Made by a program: the position numbers and the translations under genes
From: an uncultured Gammaproteobacteria bacterium
GTDB lineage: Bacteria > Patescibacteriota > Patescibacteriia > UBA9934
Assembly: GCA_964344415.1 (NCBI GenBank)
Contig: CAYFMS010000001.1
Location: 100,214-164,213, forward strand
Reading direction: 5' to 3'
Length of the DNA: 64,000 bases
Shown here: piece by piece, positions 28,192 to 36,136 of the stretch
Layout: each line of letters begins with the position of its first letter
Numbering within the stretch: position 1 is the first letter of the stretch
Notes under the pieces: model-generated
Seen by the model: the letters and a program-made list of their open reading frames with translations, nothing else
Databases searched by the model: none
Told to the model about the DNA's origin: nothing

Positions 28192-28269
28192 GATATCCAC
28201 AGGCCTCAATGCACCGAAAAAGCGGGATCTTTGGACAGACTGTGGATAACCTGTGTGTATATGTGGATA
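28192..28269. promoter_or_regulatory. DnaA boxes upstream of dnaA (oriC / autoregulation)
   Basis: TGTGGATAA perfect at 28240-28248, TGTGGATAG at 28261-28269, ATATCCACA at 28192-28200. Confidence 0.75.
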
Positions 28270-28386
28270 GATCGCTAATTATTGACATATTTTTATGCAA
28301 ATGTTACTCTCTGGCTACTTCAGACATGCAAAGAGTATGTCGCATTATTTCTCGGAATTAATTCGAGTACAAAAATAAAGGAAAAT

Positions 28387-28539
28387 ATGCCAAAACGGAC
28401 GTATCAGCCGAAAAAACGTCGACGGGCAAGGAAGCATGGATTTCGATCGCGCATGAGAACACCAGGAGGTCGAAATGTACTAAAGCGACGTCGAGCAAAG
28501 GGACGAAAGAGGCTAGCGGTAACAGCGCGCCCACGATAA
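28387..28539 (+). CDS. rpmH: 50S ribosomal protein L34
   Basis: [23 protein letters not shown]; AAGGA SD. Confidence 0.95.
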   Translation: MPKRTYQPKKRRRARKHGFRSRMRTPGGRNVLKRRRAKGRKRLAVTARPR

Positions 28540-28578
28540 ATGGAGCTTTTGCTCCATTTTTCTTATTATAGGATTACT

Positions 28579-28920
28579 ATGCTTTCAAAAGTGCATCGAC
28601 TTACAAGTGAAAAAGACATTCTAAGGGCTATTCGTAAAGGAAAAAGTGTTTTCGACAATGCTTGCGGTATTCGATTTATAAAAAATAATCTCCCCTATTC
28701 GCGTTTTGCGGTTGTCGTTGGGACAAAAGTAGATAAATCAGCAGTAAAAAGAAATCGGGTAAAGCGGCAATATAGGGAAATTATCCGATTGCATCTTGAT
28801 TCAATTCTGACGGGCTTTGATATTGTCCTTTTGACATCGAAGCCCGCTGCAGAGCTCGACTATAGTGAGAAAGAGCAGAAAATACTGGGCGTATTTAAAA
28901 AAGCGAAGCTATTTCAGTAA
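28579..28920 (+). CDS. rnpA: ribonuclease P protein component
   Basis: RLTSEKDILRAIRKGK...NRVKRQYREI RnpA signature; position after rpmH. Confidence 0.85.
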   Translation: MLSKVHRLTSEKDILRAIRKGKSVFDNACGIRFIKNNLPYSRFAVVVGTKVDKSAVKRNRVKRQYREIIRLHLDSILTGFDIVLLTSKPAAELDYSEKEQKILGVFKKAKLFQ

Positions 28921-28921
28921 T

Positions 28922-29173
28922 ATGAAGTGGCTGAGATTGCCGCGCTATATTGGCGCAGGCCTCATTTTTCTCTATCAAAAGATATTTTCTTTTGATCATG
29001 GACCCCTGCGCATTCTCTATCCGCATGGATTTTGCCGTTTTCACCCAACATGTAGTGAATACACACGCCGATCCATATTAAAACACGGTCTTATTCGCGG
29101 TGGACTACTGGGCGCAAAGCGCATTATAAAGTGCCATCCTTGGTCAAAGGGCGGCATTGACCCTATTCCGTGA
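28922..29173 (+). CDS. yidD: membrane protein insertion efficiency factor
   Basis: FCRFHPTCSEYTRRSILKHG conserved YidD motif. Confidence 0.85.
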   Translation: MKWLRLPRYIGAGLIFLYQKIFSFDHGPLRILYPHGFCRFHPTCSEYTRRSILKHGLIRGGLLGAKRIIKCHPWSKGGIDPIP

Positions 29174-29398
29174 CTCATCTGGTAATTCGACATGTTTTAT
29201 GCGCGCTCCCGCGCCTCTTTTTATACGTATAAGGGACTTTGCTATGCGAAATTCTTTGGCAAGAAGCTGAATCAGTGCTGTATTTGCCTTTCCATCTCTT
29301 GCCGGAGCTTTAACGGAAACTCTGAGTGTGCCGGTTTGCGTGTATCCCAAAAGAGCATCTCTACTAGCATTTGGTATGACTTGAACGGTGAGAATCAT
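29144..29398 (-). CDS. DUF167/YggU-family protein
   Basis: VIPNASRDA...KGKANTALIQLLAKEF...IRIKRGAGARIKHVEL typical of UPF0235. Confidence 0.7.
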   Translation of the reverse strand: MILTVQVIPNASRDALLGYTQTGTLRVSVKAPARDGKANTALIQLLAKEFRIAKSLIRIKRGAGARIKHVELPDESRNRVNAAL

Positions 29399-29419
29399 AA
29401 AAACGAGCTTAGCTCGTTT

Positions 29420-30706
29420 TTACTTTACCGCTTTTGCGATGAGATGATCAACAACTTTTTTATTTGTCATTTGCTGTTCAATGTAGTCGCGATACTGAGG
29501 CGAATAAATTTGCTTCTTTGCCTCTTCATTTTCTTTATATCGCTCCCCTGCTGCATCAATGGCTGCGTCTACCTCTGTCTTGTCTGCGTGAATGTCTTCT
29601 TGTTTGGCCACCGCTTTAATAATGATCGCTGCCTGAATGCGTTTTAGAGCCGTAGGCGTGAAATCAATCTTTAGCTCCGCTAATGTTTTTTTGATTGCTG
29701 CAAGATATTCATCCATTTTTTGACCGCGTGACGTAAGAGACTGTTCCAGTTCGGCAATCATACGATTTACTTCTTGGTTTACGAGAATGTCAGGGATGTC
29801 ATCAAAGGTTGATCCTTTAATAAGTGCATCAAGGACTTCTTTTTCCTGACGGATTATCTCTTCACGTTCATTCTCGGCCTTCAAATTTTCAGATAGTTTC
29901 TCTTCGAGGTCCTTCAAATCCTTCAAGCCAATCTTCTTTGCGAAGTCATCATCAATGGCAGGCGATTCTAAATGATAAATCTCTTTTATTTCAACTTCGA
30001 AGTCAATGTCGGCTCCTGCAAGATGCTTCTGGTAGTGATCTTTAGGGAATGGAAGCGTGAATGCTTTACTTTCGCCCTCTTTAGACCCCAGAATCTTATC
30101 GATGAACCCCTCAATATAATAAGGTTCATTTGTGTAAATGCCATGATCAGCGCCCTCACCGCCCTCGAGTACGACATTATCCTTTTTCATGGTGAGTGAC
30201 ACGATGACCTTGTCTCCTTTTTTAAGAGCATCGCTTTTCTCGGCGCGTATTTCCTTTGTCTGCATAAGCGCCAGGTCTTTTTTGGCACGCTCAAGCGAGT
30301 CTGCGTCTGGAGCTGTGTCCTGAGCCTTTACACTCACCTTTTGAAGATCGGCAAGCTTCTTGATCTGAGGCGCAAGAGAAATCTCCACCGTGAAAACAAG
30401 ATCATTTCCAGGTGCCATCTTCTCTGCATTGAAAAATGGCTGACCGACTGTATCCAAATCTTCTTCAAGCATGGCCTTCACGAAAGCATCTCGAATTAAT
30501 TCCTCTGCAGCATGTTCGAGAAGGGCCATTTCACCTACACGCTTTTTCACAACATCATATGGTGCTTTTCCGGGTCTAAAACCAGGAATATTTGTGTCCT
30601 GAGACATGTGTTCGGCCGCATGCTTCATGCCAGACTCGACTTCTTCTTTTTGAATGGTGATTGTAAAAATCGCCTTTCCTTTTTCTGTTTCAAGTGTATA
30701 ACTCAT
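29420..30706 (-). CDS. tig: trigger factor
   Basis: N-terminal ribosome-binding GFRPGKAP motif. Start at internal ATG 30706 (MSYTLETEK). Confidence 0.85.
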   Translation of the reverse strand: MSYTLETEKGKAIFTITIQKEEVESGMKHAAEHMSQDTNIPGFRPGKAPYDVVKKRVGEMALLEHAAEELIRDAFVKAMLEEDLDTVGQPFFNAEKMAPGNDLVFTVEISLAPQIKKLADLQKVSVKAQDTAPDADSLERAKKDLALMQTKEIRAEKSDALKKGDKVIVSLTMKKDNVVLEGGEGADHGIYTNEPYYIEGFIDKILGSKEGESKAFTLPFPKDHYQKHLAGADIDFEVEIKEIYHLESPAIDDDFAKKIGLKDLKDLEEKLSENLKAENEREEIIRQEKEVLDALIKGSTFDDIPDILVNQEVNRMIAELEQSLTSRGQKMDEYLAAIKKTLAELKIDFTPTALKRIQAAIIIKAVAKQEDIHADKTEVDAAIDAAGERYKENEEAKKQIYSPQYRDYIEQQMTNKKVVDHLIAKAVK

Positions 30707-30884
30707 ACTAAGCGGGAGAGTACCGCCGCCCCTGTTTTTTGTCAATAGTTGATTGGGAATCTCGAGAGAATAAAAGTAGCTTATATTAGCTAAAAAACGC
30801 TGACATATGATTGACATTGCTTTTGCCGCGCGCTAGGATGCTATTACATAATCGTAAGCTATAAAACAGTCGATTACACAATCA

Positions 30885-32204
30885 ATGAAGCGGTTTTTCA
30901 CTGCTGCTGGGCTCGGTCTTATCCGAATGCTCGTTAAAGCAAAGCCAAAAACACTTCGCATATTTCGCATGCTGACGCGCCCATTTGCATGGATCGGGCG
31001 TATTTTTATTACCGCACTCATTCCAGTGTATCGAGCTGGATATATTGCAAAGCGCGCCATTCTCGATATCTATCAACCTGCTCGCGGTCGCATCATGTTT
31101 TGGCTCACGAATCGCTATATCGTGCATATCGCTATTGGGTGTATTGTCGCGATTACTCTTTTTCTTAATCTCAATACGCAAACAGTTCGAGCAGAAACAT
31201 TTGGTCAAAAAAGCCTGATGTATCAATTGGTCGCCGACCAAAGCAGTCAGCTTTACGAGGAATATGTTGATTTTGAAGAGGGCACGACGCGGGCTGCGTA
31301 TCGATATGCGCCTCAAACGGCTGTATCTTCAAGGACGCTTGGGATTGTGCCAGAGGCACTTGGATCGGTAAGCGCATCCCTTCTTGGTGGGTCGAGTTTA
31401 TCCGCTGCGAATCTTGGTGCGAGCGATGCATCTATTGCACCGCGAAGTGAAATAATAACGTATACCGTTGAGAGTGGTGACACATTGTCAAGTATTGCTT
31501 CTGATTTTAATATCACGCTTAATACACTTCTTTGGGCGAATAATTTATCTGTTCGTAGTACGCTTCAACCTGGAAAAGAGCTTGAAATTCTTCCGATTTC
31601 AGGAGTGCGGCATAAAGTAGCAAGTGGTGACACATTGTCTCGTATTGCAAATAAATACGATGTCGAAGCTGATGAGATTCTGGCATTTAATGCACTTGCG
31701 GATGCATCAGACTTGAGTATTGGCGAATCCCTTATCATCCCAGGGGGAACAGTTGCGGCACCGGTCGCTACGCGAAGCACGAGCCGCATTTTTTCTCCGT
31801 CTACTTCGGGTAGCTCTTCATCTATTGCTCCAACAACATCTGGATCAGGAAATATGGTTTGGCCAACAGATTTGCGTGTGATTACGCAGTACTATGGATG
31901 GGCGCATACAGGGCTCGACATTGATTGCCACTTTACGCATGACAATTACGCCGCTGATGACGGTGTTGTGCAATTCGTTGGATGGAAGGGTGGTTATGGC
32001 TATACAGTTGAAATTAATCATGGAAATGGAATTGTGACTCGATATGGTCACCATGCCAGCATGTATGTGTCAGCTGGACAGCAAGTTGCCAAGGGAACGC
32101 CGATTGGTCGATGTGGAACAACAGGGCGATCGACGGGAACGCATCTTCACTTTGAAGTTATTGCGGGCGGAGGATTCCGCAACCCTCTTGAATATATAAG
32201 ATAG
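30885..32204 (+). CDS. LysM-domain M23-family metallopeptidase with an N-terminal membrane anchor
   Basis: Two LysM repeats (YTVESGDTLSSIASDFNITLNTLLWAN; HKVASGDTLSRIANKYDV) and M23 motifs HTGLDID...HLHFEV. Confidence 0.85.
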   Translation: MKRFFTAAGLGLIRMLVKAKPKTLRIFRMLTRPFAWIGRIFITALIPVYRAGYIAKRAILDIYQPARGRIMFWLTNRYIVHIAIGCIVAITLFLNLNTQTVRAETFGQKSLMYQLVADQSSQLYEEYVDFEEGTTRAAYRYAPQTAVSSRTLGIVPEALGSVSASLLGGSSLSAANLGASDASIAPRSEIITYTVESGDTLSSIASDFNITLNTLLWANNLSVRSTLQPGKELEILPISGVRHKVASGDTLSRIANKYDVEADEILAFNALADASDLSIGESLIIPGGTVAAPVATRSTSRIFSPSTSGSSSSIAPTTSGSGNMVWPTDLRVITQYYGWAHTGLDIDCHFTHDNYAADDGVVQFVGWKGGYGYTVEINHGNGIVTRYGHHASMYVSAGQQVAKGTPIGRCGTTGRSTGTHLHFEVIAGGGFRNPLEYIR

Positions 32205-32205
32205 T

Positions 32206-33702
32206 CTACTTTTTTCTCATTTGAATTGCCTCAGCGACATGAGATGCCTGTACGACGCCGCTTGCCTCTAAGTCGGCGATCGTGCGTGCTAACTTTTTGA
32301 TTCGGCCAAGGCTTCTTGCGGACAGATGAAGTTTTTCATATGCCGTCTGCGCAAGATTGTCTGCCTTGGCGGTCATGCAGAGCATGCTACGCATGTCTCG
32401 TTGAGAAATCTCGGCATTGATATTGTACAAGCGATCATAAAAGCGTTTCTGCTGCATTTCTCTTGCCGCGATAACACGCTTTCTCACGGATGAAGATTCT
32501 TCTGTGGATTTGGGCCGGAGCTCATCAATGCGCAGCCTCGGTACATCAATAAACATATCAATACGATCAGAAATAGGGCCAGATATTGTACTTGAATAGC
32601 GCTCAATTTGTCCTGCGCTACATGTGCAGGGCATATCTATATCTGTGCTGAAACCACATGGGCAGGGATTCATGGCCCCAATGAGCATAAAACGTGCCGG
32701 ATACGTGTATGAACCCGCTGCACGGGCTATATGCACTTCTCCATCTTCGAGTGGCCCGCGCAAATGTTCTATGGTTTTCTTTGAGAACTCTGGTAACTCG
32801 TCGAGAAAGAGAACCCCGCGATGAGCAAGAGAGATCTCTCCTGGTCGCGGATGCGTCCCCCCGCCGATTAATGCCACACTGGACGCAGAATGATGCGGAC
32901 TTCGAAATGGCGGTTGGCGTATTAATTGTGAAAATGGTTCATTTTGAACCGAAGAATGTATACATGTTACCTCTATTGCCTCTTCATCTGTAAGTGGTGG
33001 AAGGATGCTGGGCATGGATTTTGCAAGCAGTGTTTTTCCGCTTCCAGGCGGCCCTGACATGAGTACATTGTGACCACCCGCCGCGGCAATTTCGAGACTT
33101 CTTTTTGCATGCATTTGTCCGTAAATATCTGAAAAATCAACGGTAAATTCCTCTGTATTTCCCGCATCTGTTTGCTTCACTGTCTTTTCAAGGGCCTGAT
33201 CCCGAAATGCATGAATGAGATCTGCCAGGCTAGATGCCGTATAGACATTCTTCATCACAAGTAAGGCCTCTTGCGCATTTTCACGTGGCACAATGAGCGG
33301 TGTATTTGTTTTTTGAGCTGCAAGCGCGCAGAGCATCGCAGCGCGTACTGTTTTTATTGATCCGTCTAGGCCAAGCTCGCCAATATATCCATACTGACTC
33401 GCCTGATCTTTCTGCAATTGTCCTGAAGCGGCAAGTATGGCGATTGCAATCGGTAAATCAAATGAGGGGCCACTCTTTTTGAGATGTGCTGGTGCTAAAT
33501 TAACGATGACGCGTATGCGCGGGAATGAAAATCCACTATTTCGCATTGCTGATCGTACCCTGTCTTTTGATTCCGATATCGCAGCATCCGGAAGTCCAAC
33601 AATAGAAAAGCCGGGTAGACCGCTTGCAATGTCCACTTCAATGGTAATTGGCTCCGCCTGTATGCCGATAATGGCATAACTTTGTAAACAAAAACTCCCC
33701 AT
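32206..33702 (-). CDS. YifB/ComM-family Mg-chelatase-like AAA ATPase
   Basis: N-terminal Lon-like domain, Walker A GPPGSGKT, and a C-terminal ChlI-like region. Confidence 0.8.
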   Translation of the reverse strand: MGSFCLQSYAIIGIQAEPITIEVDIASGLPGFSIVGLPDAAISESKDRVRSAMRNSGFSFPRIRVIVNLAPAHLKKSGPSFDLPIAIAILAASGQLQKDQASQYGYIGELGLDGSIKTVRAAMLCALAAQKTNTPLIVPRENAQEALLVMKNVYTASSLADLIHAFRDQALEKTVKQTDAGNTEEFTVDFSDIYGQMHAKRSLEIAAAGGHNVLMSGPPGSGKTLLAKSMPSILPPLTDEEAIEVTCIHSSVQNEPFSQLIRQPPFRSPHHSASSVALIGGGTHPRPGEISLAHRGVLFLDELPEFSKKTIEHLRGPLEDGEVHIARAAGSYTYPARFMLIGAMNPCPCGFSTDIDMPCTCSAGQIERYSSTISGPISDRIDMFIDVPRLRIDELRPKSTEESSSVRKRVIAAREMQQKRFYDRLYNINAEISQRDMRSMLCMTAKADNLAQTAYEKLHLSARSLGRIKKLARTIADLEASGVVQASHVAEAIQMRKK

Positions 33703-33724
33703 ACATATGTGAATGGGGAGTTAA

Positions 33725-34141
33725 CTACTTCTTATTGTACAGGATTAATATGGCTATGCCAACAATAATGAGGATATCTGCCAGATTTATCACGGATTGC
33801 CCAACAATAAGGATATAATCCGTCGTAAATCCATGTATGATACGGTCAATATAATTTCCTAATGCGCCAGACAGGATACATAAAAAGGCGAATTTATGCA
33901 TCGGCATGGCCGTTTTGCGCATGCCGTAAATAAGAAGGGCGATAATTATGGTGGATATAGGCAGTAAAATGGCATGAGGGATAAAAATACTGCCCGCAAT
34001 ACCCGGATTCTTATATAAAGAGATGTCGAAAAAGAAGTTAAAAACGCGTTCATGTTCAGTGAGCGCGTTTAATGCGGCTAATTTTAGGGAAAAATCAACA
34101 ATCGCAACTAAAATTGGTACTAGGAAAAGATGTGGAGACAT
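33725..34141 (-). CDS. lspA: lipoprotein signal peptidase II
   Basis: 138 aa with 4 TM helices; NPGIAGS and GNYIDRIIHGFTTDY motifs. Confidence 0.8.
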   Translation of the reverse strand: MSPHLFLVPILVAIVDFSLKLAALNALTEHERVFNFFFDISLYKNPGIAGSIFIPHAILLPISTIIIALLIYGMRKTAMPMHKFAFLCILSGALGNYIDRIIHGFTTDYILIVGQSVINLADILIIVGIAILILYNKK

Positions 34142-34515
34142 TAAAGTTCTTGTGTAAGAGTCTTTTTACTCGCAACTGATGACGTTGATGTTGGTCTTGC
34201 GCGTAATCTCCCCTCTGAAATAGGTTCTCCTGTGTATTTGTCGATACCATATGTACCCTCTTCAATACGGTTCAGGGCATTATTTACGTCGCGCAAGCTT
34301 TTTTCAAGCTCAGATTCCAAAGAAAGGCTGCTCCCATATTCGGCAACTTCCATAGCATTCTCGTCCTCATCATCTCCATAATTTGGAAAGCTGGCATCGT
34401 ATTCTTCGCTAGATTTACCCGTTTTTTTTGCAATTCGCTTCAATGCATCCTCGAGGCGGTCTTTTTCATTGAGTAAAACCTCCTTCATTTCTGCTACAAA
34501 TTCGTCTTTATGCAT
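34141..34515 (-). CDS. DksA/TraR-family protein with a Cys-less (degenerate) zinc finger
   Basis: Coiled-coil N-terminus plus a C-terminal GTYGIDKYTGEPISEGRLRARP that lacks the four Cys. Confidence 0.55.
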   Translation of the reverse strand: MHKDEFVAEMKEVLLNEKDRLEDALKRIAKKTGKSSEEYDASFPNYGDDEDENAMEVAEYGSSLSLESELEKSLRDVNNALNRIEEGTYGIDKYTGEPISEGRLRARPTSTSSVASKKTLTQEL

Positions 34516-34551
34516 ACTTTACTATTATTCGATAAATCAATTCTAATTGAA

Positions 34552-34612
34552 AATAAGAAAAAAAAGAAGAGGGTTCGGCGGACATAGAAGTAAAAAAGTT
34601 CCTTGAACCCTC
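34552..34612 (-). terminator. Rho-independent terminator (minus strand)
   Basis: gagggttc ... gaaccctc 8-bp stem followed on the minus strand by uucuuuuuuuu. Confidence 0.5.
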
Positions 34613-34900
34613 ACGAAAGGCGTGGGACACCGTCCGTGAAGAGTGGGTTTTGGTGAAAAAAACATGTTTTCCTCAAAACTCACTCTTCATTCGGCGTCAA
34701 ACCTTGGCCTTTTAGATGACACCCCACTCTACCCTGCGTTGGTTTTGCTGCCCCCCGTTGCAGCTAACCGAGCCCACTAGAAAGGATAAAAGCATGGACC
34801 GCTAGTAAAGTGGTGAGATATGCCCCGAAACTGCGCAGTTGCAGTGTGGGTTTTCGGGACACCTCCCCCGTGTCATAAACACAGACGAGATTGTTGAAAG
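34613..34900 (-). ncRNA. candidate structured RNA or long structured 3' UTR of unknown class
   Basis: GC ~52% in an AT-rich context. A 15-bp helix (34638-34652 / 34674-34688) plus further helices. No ORF with an SD. Ends at the terminator. Weak similarity to RNase P conserved regions only. Confidence 0.3.
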
Positions 34901-35029
34901 AGCGACTTACATTAATAATTGTATTCAGTTGAACACATATTGTCAACATGTTATAAGTCCTTTAAATAAAGGGCAAAACGCCATATGTGTATAACTTTTT
35001 TATATAAATCCCGCAAAGGCCTCACAGCC

Positions 35030-35066
35030 TGTGGATAAACTGTGTGAGAATTGTTAGTTATCCACA
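35030..35066. promoter_or_regulatory. convergent pair of perfect DnaA boxes away from oriC
   Basis: TGTGGATAA at 35030-35038 and TTATCCACA at 35058-35066. Confidence 0.6.
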
Positions 35067-36136
35067 TTTATACAGAGAATGAGGTCATTTCCTTTAAATT
35101 CTGCCGATTTAATAGGTGTAAAGAATTCCGGCACAAGCGACAGTGATGAAGACAATATGTCGTCAAACACATGATTTTTTCTGACCATCATTGAATGCGG
35201 TCTTGATGTACATTCACCATTTGGCTTGTTTTCGCCAAGTTTTTCTATAATTGCTCTATTTGTGTATTTGTGAAGATCTCCTGTCTTTACGATATTGCCG
35301 GATATATTTCCCTGCTCAAATCCTAAAATGAGTCCATCTTCTATGTTTTCTATACTTGAATGGGTGCTATCTGCATTGGATCGAATTTCTTTAATAGTTG
35401 TCCCATCACTCAATGTCAAGGCTAGCGTAGACAAATTACTGCTTTGTACGGTTTTTTGGAGGAAATTTGCTAAATCTTCATCTGAAAATGCGCCTGTGAA
35501 AAGTATGGAGAAAAACTCATCGTCTTGACCTTGCCCCCATATGAACTGATGAATGGTCGCATTCGGTAGAAAAGACATTGATTTAATGTCAAAGTTAATA
35601 AATGTGTGGATTTCCGTATTTTCAGGGGTGAGATATTGATGAGAATTGGATTTTTGACCAATATTGCTTATTCGTATGCTTTTTTGGTTAAATCGAGCAG
35701 GATAAAAGCCATCTTCATTTGCATAATAGGCTCTTTTTGCTATCAGAAAGGGGTTTCGTTGCTTTTTATAAGGCATAACACTGAATCTCCCCTGACTTGT
35801 TGTTACGCCAATGAGGCTGTTTTCTGAGAAGAAAAGCGATATTTCTCCTCTTGCATTGCGCAAAAGGCTATTTACTGACACGGTTGTCCCATCTATAACG
35901 GTATTTCCGAGTAATTCGTGAATAATGGGTATGCTTCTAGTATGCAGCGGTATTCTGAGATAGCTTTCCGTTCCATCGGGGGCATATTTTGCTGTATTTT
36001 TCGTTCTTTGCAATGCGGTTATAATGATTATTGTGCTAAGAATGGCTAAAATAAGAAAGATAATATTAGAAACAACCCGCCTGGATGGACGGGTTGTTTT
36101 TGTTATATCAATTGATAGAGATTTATGACTTTGCAT
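35054..36136 (-). CDS. hypothetical single-pass membrane protein
   Basis: TM helix IIFLILAILSTIIIITAL followed by a ~300-aa extracytoplasmic domain. Start at ATG 36136. Confidence 0.55.
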   Translation of the reverse strand: MQSHKSLSIDITKTTRPSRRVVSNIIFLILAILSTIIIITALQRTKNTAKYAPDGTESYLRIPLHTRSIPIIHELLGNTVIDGTTVSVNSLLRNARGEISLFFSENSLIGVTTSQGRFSVMPYKKQRNPFLIAKRAYYANEDGFYPARFNQKSIRISNIGQKSNSHQYLTPENTEIHTFINFDIKSMSFLPNATIHQFIWGQGQDDEFFSILFTGAFSDEDLANFLQKTVQSSNLSTLALTLSDGTTIKEIRSNADSTHSSIENIEDGLILGFEQGNISGNIVKTGDLHKYTNRAIIEKLGENKPNGECTSRPHSMMVRKNHVFDDILSSSLSLVPEFFTPIKSAEFKGNDLILCINVDN

